DNA of 64,000 nucleotides, taken from the NCBI GenBank assembly GCA_964036045.1, contig OZ038378.1:39494001-39558000 (forward strand), in the 5' to 3' direction. Positions 35,301-46,898 of the stretch are shown piece by piece. How positions within the stretch are numbered: position 1 is the first letter of the stretch; the number at the start of each line of letters is the position of its first letter. The notes beneath the pieces were generated by a model. It worked only from the letters and a program-made list of their open reading frames with translations, did not search any database and had not been told where the DNA came from. This DNA comes from Eutreptiella sp. 'Long Island Sound 2002'. Taxonomy: Eukaryota > Protista > Euglenida. A program made the position numbers and the translations under genes.

Positions 35301-37500
35301 GCAGTTCTCGTTGGCATCTTGGAAAGCCTTCGTCTGACCCAGTGAAGATCATCGGAGATAGTGGTGCGAGCATGTTGGTCTTCAGTCCAGTAATGTGAAG
35401 GCGACTGTTGTTCTTCCATTCCGTTCGTGGATGTGCCACTGGCGCTCGAGCCCCAAATCCTGCCTGCTGGTGGTGTGGGAGAGCGGGTTGTTGAATCCGA
35501 CGAGGATTGCAATAGTGGCAGAGTGCTGCTAGTTCTTGAGCGGCTGGAGACTCTCATCGGTAGCTTTGAGGCATGGGAGCATGAACCAGAAGACTAGTGT
35601 AGCTGCGGTGGCTGGCGTTCTCCTGGGTATGGCAACTGTGGCGGCGCTGGATGATTGTCCTTGGAGCTTCTTATGTCAGCTGCGCTCTGAAGCAGCGGGC
35701 CATCGATCTCCTCACAATTCGCGTGAATGTGCTTACTCCAAACATTAGAAGAAGCTGGAGGTGGTGGACGCTGTGTGATGAGTGCCAGGTGCGAGTAAAT
35801 GGGCCTACAGAAAGGTGCTCCCTTTTTTCCATGGCGCGATTACGTCAGATTGCCTTCACGAAGTTGCCGGGTCCTCTTTTGTTGGAGAGGCGACGTACCC
35901 GGACCTTGGTGATTTAACGTGCTCCGGGTGGTGACACGCTGTAAGCAGGCAAATGGGTTGCCTGTCGCGTACCTGCTCCTGTCTACTTGCTGCTTATGCC
36001 GTTTTCGTTCCACTCGTTGGAAACTCTCCGCATTGCGTGAAGCTTCCAGAGATGCACGAGGGGCCTTGCTTTTTTGTTTAATCCCAGTACACTCGTTGTG
36101 CTTGTTTTTGCGTTGCACGAGCGTGGACATTGTTTCCGCGTTGGATCGCCGTGGACCCGTTTTCACTGCTTGACGGCACACGCTGCGGTGGGTGTGGCAT
36201 TGCCGAATCTTCGGGCAGGAGAACAAGCCCTCTGAGGAAGCGCTTTCTCGGGCTCTTGGTCAAGAACTGTTCAGGACCGGCCTGATGTTATTGCGGCAGG
36301 TCATAGCTCGTGGTTGGCTCTTCGGCAATTGACGGGGCGGTGATCGGCGTGGTAGGATCTTCATGCTGCGGCCTCTGTTCAAGTTCTCCTGTTCTCGCTG
36401 CGGAACTGACATTGGCTATGTGTCGAAAGTGACAGGGGAGCGGCGCTAACAACTGTGGATCCAGAATGCGTGGAAACGACGAAATATTGAGGAGCAGCTG
36501 TTGTAAGTCGTTTTCTGCTGTTTGCGAGAACAGGAAAGCTGCTTGTAGCGTTAAACAACTCGTTAGCAGCTGCAGCGTCTGGAGGCGTGCACGAGACAGA
36601 AAAGTATTTTTAAGGTGCGGGTCCATCGATGAGCTGCGCTCGAACGCTGCATCAAGCTGCGACGTCCCGAAGGTTTCTGGCGGCTGGCTGGATGCAGTTA
36701 CTGTCAGCTTTTCGTAGATTTGCGGACGCAGGCAGGGCTTTGCTGCAACTCGCTGGCGCCTGCAGACCAGGAGTGATCCATCAGTGGGGTTCTGTAAACA
36801 TCGAAAAAGATAGACACTCAGAAAGTGTGAAGGCCAAAAAAGCCTTGGTTTCCTTGGAGCGACGCCTCTCTTGTCTCCGGCTCTTCCATTTCTTCTTCTT
36901 CTTTTTACCTGTCAAATTCTTGGGGTCGTCAGGGACGTTGTCCTCAGAGGGTGATGGAGATGGCAGTTATCGTTCGAAGGGGCACGGCCCAGGTCCCTGG
37001 AGCCATCGGGCTGTACGTCTACCATACTCCTAAGAGCTGTCAGCCCAAGCCTGTCCAGTTCGGCGCATGTGGAGTTGGCAACATGACTGTAGGGCGGCTG
37101 CGCTGTTCTTGGGATGGAGAGGGGTCCTTGAAACAGCTGCATGGGTTGGGGCTCCGGTATCGGTCAGCTGCTGACACCACCCGGGGTATGGTATGGTACC
37201 GGCGACCAGGTGGCTCACCTGTATTCGGTGGGCGGAAGCTGAAATGGTCACAGGTGACCCATGAGGTCATATCAGGGGCTCCATTTTGGCCTTGATTTCT
37301 TGAGTGAGATCACCAACTAGATCAGCAATAGCACCAGGGAGAGCTTTCCTTATCTCAGAACGCGCCAGGGACTTGTTAGAGGATCTTCTAGATCCCCTGC
37401 TGCCTCCTCCACAACACTCAGCGCCTTGCAGCCCGCTCTCGGAAGTAGAGGCATGCTCCGGCGTGGTATGGCATTATAGGAGGGTCCGTTGCGCGCACTA
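32360..37500 (-). mobile_element. Ty3/gypsy-like lineage B fragment, copy 2 (gag-PR-Dam-like), interrupted at 34485-36840
   Basis: Aligns with 23690-26430. GVLDTGTTIFIV protease; AYGNPSFSELGRVLSKVAL Dam-like motif; truncated at the same CTGGTTTCCC point as copy 1. Confidence 0.85.
34485..36840 (+). mobile_element. 2.36-kb insertion in lineage-B gag with a ~10-bp TSD AGCCTTGG(C/T)T and a short A run
   Basis: TSD-like copies at 34475-34484 and 36841-36850. Absent from copy 1. No recognisable coding domain. Confidence 0.6.
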
Positions 37501-37519
37501 TGTCTGCAGATCTGAATAA

Positions 37520-40500
37520 AATTGCAGAACATCATCCCGTTCACGAGCTGCGCAATTTGCCAATCTGTAGCAAAAACCACTGCTGTGATCACCATGGACG
37601 CTAAAATGCTCTTTACGTTCTTCAAAACTGCCGCCAAATCTACCGACTGCCCTCATCAATCCCTCTGAAAATACAAAAGCCGCTGTTAGTTCAATCACGC
37701 TCCTACTCTTCACGTTCACCAGCCATATGCCTGCGACTACCATGACGTAAAAAGACCTTCGCCTGCTGAATCCTGCATTCCGCCATTTTACCTGCCAGCA
37801 AGTTCAGTGACGGCAAGCCATTTAACTCAAGCGAAAACTGAAGGATTCGAAGATGAATTGGTGTCTCCAAGCTATCGCTGAAACGACAACACAGCTGTCA
37901 ACACCGCGGATACAGACCAACGCCGCCTCTGTGCAGAGAAGAATCCATTTTTTACCTTCCGCACTTCGTCTGAAAAACAGCTTGGTTCAGTCTCACTCAA
38001 GCCAAAAATCAAATATCCGACGAAGCACTAGTGCACAAGAACACAAAGTCGACTTAGTGCTGCATGTTTGGAGAACAGTTTGAAGACGTTTCACATAGCC
38101 TGATGTCTGCAGCATTGACAAGTCAATTCACTAAAGCAAAAGAACAACCACACGAACATGTGCCGCGACGTCGAGACCATCACACCAACTATTACACAGC
38201 TCAGAAGATGGCCCTCACACACGAACGCCCCCTCTCGGCAGACAAGAGGTCAATTTTGTCGCAGCGCACTTTGTCTGAAGAACAGTTTGACCGAATTCCA
38301 CAAAACCCGTGGTCTCTGCAGGTCTTGTCGAGCATCTCCACTGCCACCTTCAAGCGCGCAGAACGCCAAGTCAAGAGGAACTCTCTGTTATCACCGAGAG
38401 ACCGAGGCCATAAGGTCCCAGAGCCCCACGGCCGATTTACCAGAGAAAAACGGGAAGTCAACGCAAATTTTGTGCTGTCAAATGCTTGGAAAGTATTACA
38501 AAAGAAACACAGAAAGCAATCGCCCATCTCTATCTCCTCGGAAGCATCAACGCCACTCACGAATGGAGAATTGATGAAGGCTCAAAGACGAAAACGACCT
38601 TCGATCAAGGCGTTGGAAGATCCAGCTCAAGAGTAGCTCAATGAAAATTTAATAACCTCTGGCCGCTATATCGTATGTAAAGACTGGTCACTTTGGTTTT
38701 TACTAACAAGGTTCTCTCAACACTGGTTCCTGCCCAGAGAACTACAGGTGCCAGCCAGAGGCGAACTGTGCAGACAACAGAGAAAAGAACAAGCCACCTC
38801 ACAGAAACTACAGATCAGTTTTGCTCCTCCTACGTCTTCATGCCCTCTTGAAGCATCAAACTCACAGAGATCTGTGGGAACTCCAAAGAAAGCAATGAAC
38901 AACTTAACAGAAGGAGTCACTCTTGTTGTCTCTGCTCGGTGTGTCAGCGCTACCACAGGAACAGAACATCAGTCCGGCTTGACTCCTTCCTTGTCTTCGT
39001 CTTCGTTACCTGCCCTGGATTCCTCTTCGGACGAGTCAGACGCCTCAAAGACAGAGGATTTACGGTCTAGTGATACATGCAAGTGTGACCAGGTTTTTGA
39101 GTTGCTTGTACTAAACAGTATTGTTTCTGAATATTACAAAGGCTCCTACAAATACTATATACCAATATGACAATCTCCAAGAAACAGGTTATGTGTAGCA
39201 CTGTCACAATTCAAAACTGCACAAAAGAAGCAAACATTTCAGCAAGCATGGAATAAATACAGACTGGAACAATCACTACCAACACAGACCCGCTCCTGAA
39301 CTCTTTGGAAACAATTGAAACAGTCCTTTGCACTCTCAAGGCCTGACACTACACTATAGCCCACAGGTTTCATTGTTGGCACATACACTGAATCTCACAG
39401 ATGACTTATTGTATTGTACAAGAACACACGTGCAAATGCCCAGGCGGGGGGCCTAAGACGCCATAAAATGGATGACTGAATGAATTCTAGGATAGAACAC
39501 ACCAATAGGGGCCCCAGGAAAGGCATCAGTTGCGTGAAATGGGGTTGGCTCGTGGATACGCACGTAGGAAGAGCGAGAGGCCACAGGTTCGCTGACTAGA
39601 TGTGCAATAGGTGGTTGAGTAGCGAGTCGTTTCACTCAAGGGGTGATGTAAGGCATAACAGTAAAGCCTGTACCCTCAACCGCAGATGGAGTGGCTGTAG
39701 GGGAGGATGCTGCAGGGTGTGTAGCTGGGAGTGTAGTGGCAGTACGAGAGGATGTTGCAGGGTGTTCGGTCGCGCTGGGTGCGCTCTCAGAGGGCTTCTT
39801 GCCGAAGAATACATAATGTCTTCGTTCAAGCCCGCCTTCAGGGTTGTCTTCAGCTCCTCCTTCCCCTGTTTCCTTCTCCTTTGCCTTGCCCTCAGGAGTC
39901 TGCGCAGGCAAGCCACTGAAGGCTGCTGGCAAACTCCGAAGAGGGTCATCCTCGAGCCCACTTAAGGGCACTGAAAGGACAGGGTCCTCAGGTTCAGGTT
40001 TGGGCTTTTGCGCCGGCTTGGCTGATGCCACCGAGGGCGCTGTTGTCTTGGCAGTGTGCTTGGTGTCCATTTTATCTTCATCCACCCTTCACGAGTGATC
40101 AAGCTTGGCACAATAGTGGTACTGCACGTGGTTGCAGGTACGCAAAGATTGGTTGCCTCTGCTACCAGAAGGTTTGAACGGCTTTCACCAATGAAGTTCT
40201 TGAAGTGTTTATTGATTTGCTGCTCTTGCTTGTTCCTTGCTGGATTCCAAATTTTTTGGTCAAGTTTTGTGAAATCAAATGGAAAAGCCAGGCCCAGTAA
40301 TCCAAACAGTGCACAACCGGATCTCACAGTCCACTACATGAAGGGCTGCAGTTACAAAGGAATGGTGCTACAATGTATTTACAGCAAAGCAACTGACCAG
40401 GAGTGCAGATTTACAAAGGATATTTGCATAACTGCAGTCATGGGCACTTCCTCCTCTTATAGTGCCATCTAGAGATGTGCACTCTTTGCTTTGGGTCCCA

Positions 40501-40980
40501 TGGGTGCTGAGGTGGCATGGCATGTCTCGTTAAGGCCACTGCCATGTCAAGTCGGATCTTCCTACTTAGCTAGGCTGACTGGGTCTTGTGCCGGCTTCCT
40601 GGAGCCACGGGGATGCCAACTGGTGTCAGGACGCCCAAATCGGCATAATTGACCGTCTTTGGCGACCTGCCAAGGTGGGCTTTTGTTGCAATCTTGTTGA
40701 GCCAAGCCTCAATGCATGGGCCTTGATACTCCCTTTGATCCCATGCATTGTGATTTGGCTTGCCGTCACACTTGGCTTGCTGCTGTTCCCCGAGGGGATG
40801 GTCAAGCGACGGAGCAGAAAACGGCAAAAAGTGCAAGATTGTGCATGTTGCATATCCCGGACTATGCCTCAGAAGCAAATACACCAACGTAGGGCTATTG
40901 ACCCTTGGACATATGCTACAAGAATCGCATTTTTCTCATGGCTAGGTCCCCACTCTGTCTGGTTTTCCTCCCATTCAGCA
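37520..40980. repeat. Second copy of region Y and the Z+W block (homologous to 26430-29990)
   Basis: Continuous by-eye alignment with substitutions and indels. Confidence 0.9.
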
Positions 40981-43900
40981 GGGGGGGGGTAGCTCATGAC
41001 CACTCGACCACAAGAGAGAGACAGAGGGAGCAGAACCAGGTCCGCCAAATTGGGCTATTCGAGGTCAGCATCACGCAGAGGTCAGAGCGACATGCAACGG
41101 CTGCCGGACTTACGCAGCATTTCAACCACTCCACCGGCATGACATTGCAACAGAGCTCGAAGAGAGAAAGCAGGCAAGGGATGTCCTGACGATAGACTGA
41201 TGATAGACTTGTGCTCAATCCCCAAACTCGGAAAAGAGCGCAGGGCGCGGATCAGTTGCCTATGGCTTCCATCGCCTTTGTAGGGGCTTCAAAGTCAGAG
41301 GCCTGGAGCTTGGTCCTGTGCCTGGGGACGTACTCCATGAAGGGGGTGTTGATCTGCGGCACGAAGGAAGAGCCGGGTTCCCAGGTGTTCTGGCAGGGCC
41401 CATAGCCTCGGCAACTCACCTTGAACTCCACTCCTCCAGGTGCTGAGATGTCCGGACGCGGGGCCAGGATCTTCGCGATGGTGTAGTCGTCCTGCTCAGC
41501 GTAGTCATCGTCCTAGTTGGCCTTGTTGGCGTTTTAGTCCAGGGACAAATGCTTCTCGCGGATGTTGGGATTCAGAGCACAGAATGGACTCTCCTGCTGC
41601 TCCCTGAACTGTCCAAGGCCCACCTTGACGCGGTATTTGTTGTCACCAATCCTGCGCACCAGCTCTCCGGGTGTAAACCAGGTCTTGGTGCACTGAGTGC
41701 CCATATCTAGGGGTCTAAATACCAGCCGGAACTTTTGCGCTGTTGACTTCAGGGCGGTCTTGGCTCCCACGACATGCTCCTTCTCAACCTGCTGGTGGAC
41801 TTACCACGCTGTTGCCTCCTGCCCCGCAAAGAAGTCCATGGCATCCATGGCCATGACATCACCTGACAAGGGAAGTCACCGTCCAAGAAGGTCTCTGCCA
41901 AGACGAATCTGGCGAGGCGACAGCCCACACAGTGTCGGGGTGTCATGATGGGCCTTGAGAGCTGGGCACATCTCCTGAAACAAGTTGCGGCGCCTGTGGA
42001 TGAGGTGGATCATGCGCAGGTTCTGAAACATCTACCTTCGAGCCACCTCAGGCTCCGCCATTGGAGCGACTGAGATTGGCGACACTCTTTGCATGTCGTA
42101 TTCCCATGAGGGACACATGGCCTTGAACCAGCCGTCAGTGAACAGTCATCATGACTGCAACTTTTTTGGTCAGCAACGACCTTTTGCGCGCCAGGACAGC
42201 CTAAATGTAGCTGCTGTGTCGGTCCACACAAAGGACCACGCAATCAAAAACTTCCTTTCCGATGTGAGCTTCGGGCATGCAGAAGACGTTCATGGTCACG
42301 CCCCCCTGTCGGCTGGTCAGGAATTGGCGTTCATTGGGCTTCTTCCTTGACATTTTGTTTGTCGGGATTGCAGGCCTGACACACCGAACAACCCTTCTTG
42401 ATTTGCTTGATGGCATTGTGGAGACATGTCTCTTCGATTTCAAACCGCTGCTTCATGTTCAAGGCGTGCTTCTCCACTCGGGGATCGATCATGTGGTGGC
42501 ACCACGCTTCACAAAGCTCCAGCACCTTGGAACCCATTACTAGCAACCTCTCGGTTTTGGCCACTTCTGCCCGCTATCAGGGTCAGTCACAGCCCGGTAC
42601 ACGGACTGAAATGCCTCTGACTTGGCATAGTCCTTGGTCCAGTCGTCTTTGAGGCATGACTCCGGGAAGTGGTGTTTGTAGGACTCAGCACCCTTGGGGG
42701 CGCTTACACGGACCTCTGTGCCGACCCTGCTTCCAAGCAGAGCAGCCGCAGACATAACGACGAAGCATTTCACCCCATCCTCCTCCATCATGCGCTCCAT
42801 GTAGATGATCTTCTTGGCCTGCCAGTTTGAGCTTCGTCACCATGGACAGACACATCCGTCATGCCCTTGCTGGCTGGACAAGCCGACGTGCTGAGACTCT
42901 CTGCCACGATGCTGTCCTTTATGGGAACGTAGACTACCGTCAGGTCGAACTTGGCCATTGTCAGATGCCATCTGGCTCTTCGGAAGGCTGGTCCCGAGGC
43001 AGCTCTCACGTGCTCTCTGAGGCACGACTGCAGACTCTGATGGTCCGTGCAGACCGTGCAAGGATTTGGCGCTATGTACCTGGCCTACTTCCTAGAACCC
43101 ATGACAATGGCACACGCCTCCTTCTCACGGGGCGTCCATGTTCGTCTGCGCTCTTCCGCCAGGATTCGGCTCCAGAAGGCCAGGGGCACATGCCTCCCAT
43201 TATCCAGCACCCGCTCCACCACCACCCCGATGGCGTAGATGGAGGCATCTGTGCGATGGGTGAACCCTCGGTCCAGATCCACGAGGTGCAGACCCACTGC
43301 AGATAGTAGCGCCTGCCTCATTTGCTCCAAGGCACGTTCGGACTCTTCATTCGAGAACAGAGCCTTCTTGGACCCCTTATTGGTCTCCTCCCAGTTGCCC
43401 TTTAGCATGGCTGTCTTGGGGGCTGCATACTCTGCATACATCTTGATATATCCTGACTAGTAGTTGCAGAAACCCACATATGCCCGTAGCTCGCACATAG
43501 TCTTTGGCTTGTCGCAGTGCTCAGTCGCAGCTACTTTTCCAGGTATGGGCTTCCGTTGCCCGTTTCCAACAACTTGGTTGGCGAAAATCACCTCCCTCAC
43601 AGCTATGATGGCCTTGTCACTGCTGCCCGTGAGCTTGTGTCAAACCAGGAGGTAGAGCACTCTGGTGACGTCCCACTCATGTGCCTGCAGCAGCTCATCG
43701 TAGCTCATGCTGGGGTCTCCTGACGCAATAATCACGTCGTCAACAAAGAGGTCTGCACAGTCACGCACTGGCTCAAGCAGCTGCTGCAGCATTCCCTGAA
43801 AAGCCGCATTGCCGTTTGCAGCACCAACGGGCATCACCTTCCACTGGAGAGGTTCAAGTGTGGTCTTCTTGGCTGTGCAGGCACAGGAGTTGCCAGCGAG

Positions 43901-44799
43901 AGGCATCTGGTGGTAACCATGTTTCAGGGCGAGCACCATTAAGACCCTCGCCAGAAATGCTTTTGAAGCATGCTCTTAATGAGCGGCAGTGGATAGCTGT
44001 CATGCTGCATTTGGGCGTTTAGGCTGTGGTAGTGCACCACGAGCCGCCACTCCCTGGCCACCTGCTTGGAGACAAACAAGCAGGGGGAGGCCCACTTGGA
44101 GTGAAAGGCTTTAAACCTGCCTCTGTCGATGAAATCCTGTAGGTTCTCCTCCATAGCCTCTTTCCTGTCACCCCTGAGGGCGAATTCCTGGTGTTGGTAC
44201 ACGCGGGGGTCTAGCTTGAGTCGCATCTCGGCCTCCCCATACCGTCCACGGACTGGTGGGGGGAACACAGGCCTTCCATTGAAGAAGGTGCTTCTGTACT
44301 TCTCAATCAGCCTGGCTCCGAATGCCAGCATCTTGGTGCACTCATCGGACTCTGCCTTGGCTTTCCCAGGCACCTGAACCAATGAGGTTACTTGCGGGGT
44401 ATCATTTGTACGCTATTTCGGCTCCAGGGGGTCTCCCGAAGTGGCGCATCAGCCCACCTCGGGCCCTTGCCTCGAAACAGATCACCATAGGTAGGTGGGT
44501 TCCCGCTGATTGATTCGTCCCCGCTCGACATGTGGTTCAGTACCCTCTTTACAAAGGTATTCATGTCATCGGACCCAGAGTCGCTGGCGTCCACCTCCCA
44601 CCAGGCTTTGTCCCGGCCTTTTCTCTCTCTCTGGGCTACCCAGTCATGAAAGGGTCGATGCATATACCCCTGAAGCAGATTGAGGTCCTTATCAGACGGA
44701 CAGTCCTCCGACTTGCTGATGTCAACGGGGGAAACCGCAAAGCATTGCCTCCAGGACTCGGCTATCATGCGGTGGACACACACGAAGTCCTTGGCGTCG

Positions 44800-45250
44800 G
44801 CCTGTTCTAGACCCCCATCCACATATTGGAATTCTGTTGGACATCTCTGGGGTGGCATGGGCTGGCTCTTAGAGTCCGGATAGACAGTCTCTCCCGCCAA
44901 TGGAACGACCTTGTTCAAGGTCATTTTGGTCAGCGAGACCACCCAATCTCAGGTGCGTTCCTCCTCCGTACACCCCATGGGGACAACGAGCATTGCCCTG
45001 GAACTGTCCTTGCGGATCTTTGCAACCACCCTTGGTATATCCACTCTGGGACAATGAATCCACATCAGACCTTGATGCAGACAACAGGTTTTCTTCCATA
45101 CAGAGTTCTTGGGTGCTACAGCACTTCTCACACACCCGCAGATGGGCGGAGAATCCTGAGAAGAACCCATCCGAGGCCAGATCCGATGCTCCCAGATCAG
45201 CGACACCTCTGTATGACAATTCCACTTTGACGCCGTACTCCTGCTTGGAC
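44800..45250 (-). pseudogene. Dam-like (DIRS MT-type) domain between PR and RT in lineage A, with a degenerate catalytic motif
   Basis: EYGVKVE..VADLGASDLASDGFFS.., then (frameshift) VWKK..LMWIHCPRVDIPRVVAKIRKD..AMLVVPMG..DWVVSL..M. Confidence 0.55.
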
Positions 45251-46898
45251 GGTCCTACAGAATCCGTATCCACTGAGGCTACTTCGTGCCGATGGCGCTC
45301 CGGGTGTTCCATTGGCACTCCACATGATGCCCAGGTGATGATAGCCACAAGAGCTGGTCATGTTGTCACAGGGTCATGCAGGCCAGAGCGTGCAGCACGC
45401 CTGAGTCCGTCTCCATCATGAAATTGTACCAGACGATCATGTTCCAGTCCATCTGGGCCTCGTGAGAGTTTCCGTTGAGGTGGAGTTGCTTGTTGATGTC
45501 TGGGCGGCTCAGCTCACGGTGGTTCACAAACTGCAGCGCAATCTTGGCTTCCATTGTCCCTCCCACCAGGTACTGGACGTTGGCTACCCTCAGCCTGACA
45601 GGTCTCCGACTTGTGGTCAGGCACTCCAGCAGAAGTAGGCGAGCCTTCACTAGACTGAAGTGGGCGCCTTTCTCAACCAGCATGTCAAAGTCCTTCTCCA
45701 CTTGCCCGCATAAAGCACGGACTTTGAGGTGAAGTTGCCGCTCACGGCCAACGCGGCGCATGGCTTGCCAGCTCGGGATTTCCGGCCTTTAATGAAGCTC
45801 AATCAGCGACTGGTGCATGTGTTGGGTAATGGGTTCTGACAGCCCATCTGCAGTGTCCAGCTGCTGTCTTGGTGGTCCTCCACTTTCCTCGGAGAGAATC
45901 TGGTGTAAGTTGAATACATTCATGGTCGCGAAGGATGACTGGGTGCGGGGTTTGGTGCTTTCAGCGAGGACACTGGTCAGATGCAAGGATCTGCCTAAGG
46001 CAAGTAACCCCCCAGCACTCGTCCTCACCCAGCCACTGCAACTGTTTTTCCTCTCCGGCTTTTTTCCCGGCATTGCGCTGGACGGTCCTCCGGGGGAGTC
46101 GACAAATCCCGACGTGGATGGCGGGGCATGGACCGCAGTCCTATCCGGCGACCGCCCTACCTGGGGCCCTTGGCTGCAGGGCCTCCGCTCAGGGGCATAA
46201 TTCGTCGGGGTGTTCTCGTTGGCGGTGACCTGGTTCACACCGTCACCGGTGCTTCTCCACATGCCCTTGCCCTGGTTGTCCTTGTCCTTGTCCTTGTTCC
46301 TGTATTGCTTGCGGGTCCAGGCTCTCTTGATCTCTTCGCCAGCTAGTCCTTCAACTTGCACCTTGGACACTTCCACCTTGGTCCCCCGGACATTGGCCGG
46401 TGCACGCTTCTTCGACCCGTGCGCCTTTGTGTACGCCTCTGCGTCGGCCTTGTGGGTGGGACAGGTCGGGTCCTCGTGTTGGAGGGGGGAATTCCCCCTG
46501 TAGCACACGAAACAACCCTGAGGGTGAGCTTGGATGAACTCACCAAGGGACAGCGGTGTGTCGCGAACGCCCCGGGGCTCCTCCTTTTCACTCTTCTTCC
46601 ACCCCTATTGAAGGGGCTTCAAGCTTTCCAGGTTGCCTCCTTTGTGCAGCTTGTAGGCAACAAAGGTGCAGACAGCGGTCGCTGCTGGTTTGTGCTTGTC
46701 GTCATCATCATCAGGAACTTCACCGTCTTCGCTTCCCGCGGTCTCCATGGCAGCTTCTTCGCCAGATTCTTCGCCGACATAGTGGACGCTGCGTTCGCCT
46801 CCTTGAAACCCCGGATTGTGGTGGAGGTTCTTGTACTCCTTGAGCACTCCCTCTCGAACCCACTCCAGCACGTCGACGCAGGTCATCCGCGCAGGGAT

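Noticed and set aside
35440-35520. APE endonuclease motif (ILVGFNNPLS, minus strand) suggesting a LINE in the 2.36-kb insert
   Set aside because: It lacks the Asp of GDFN, the frame has nearby stops, no other EN or RT motif is seen, and the A run points to the opposite orientation.
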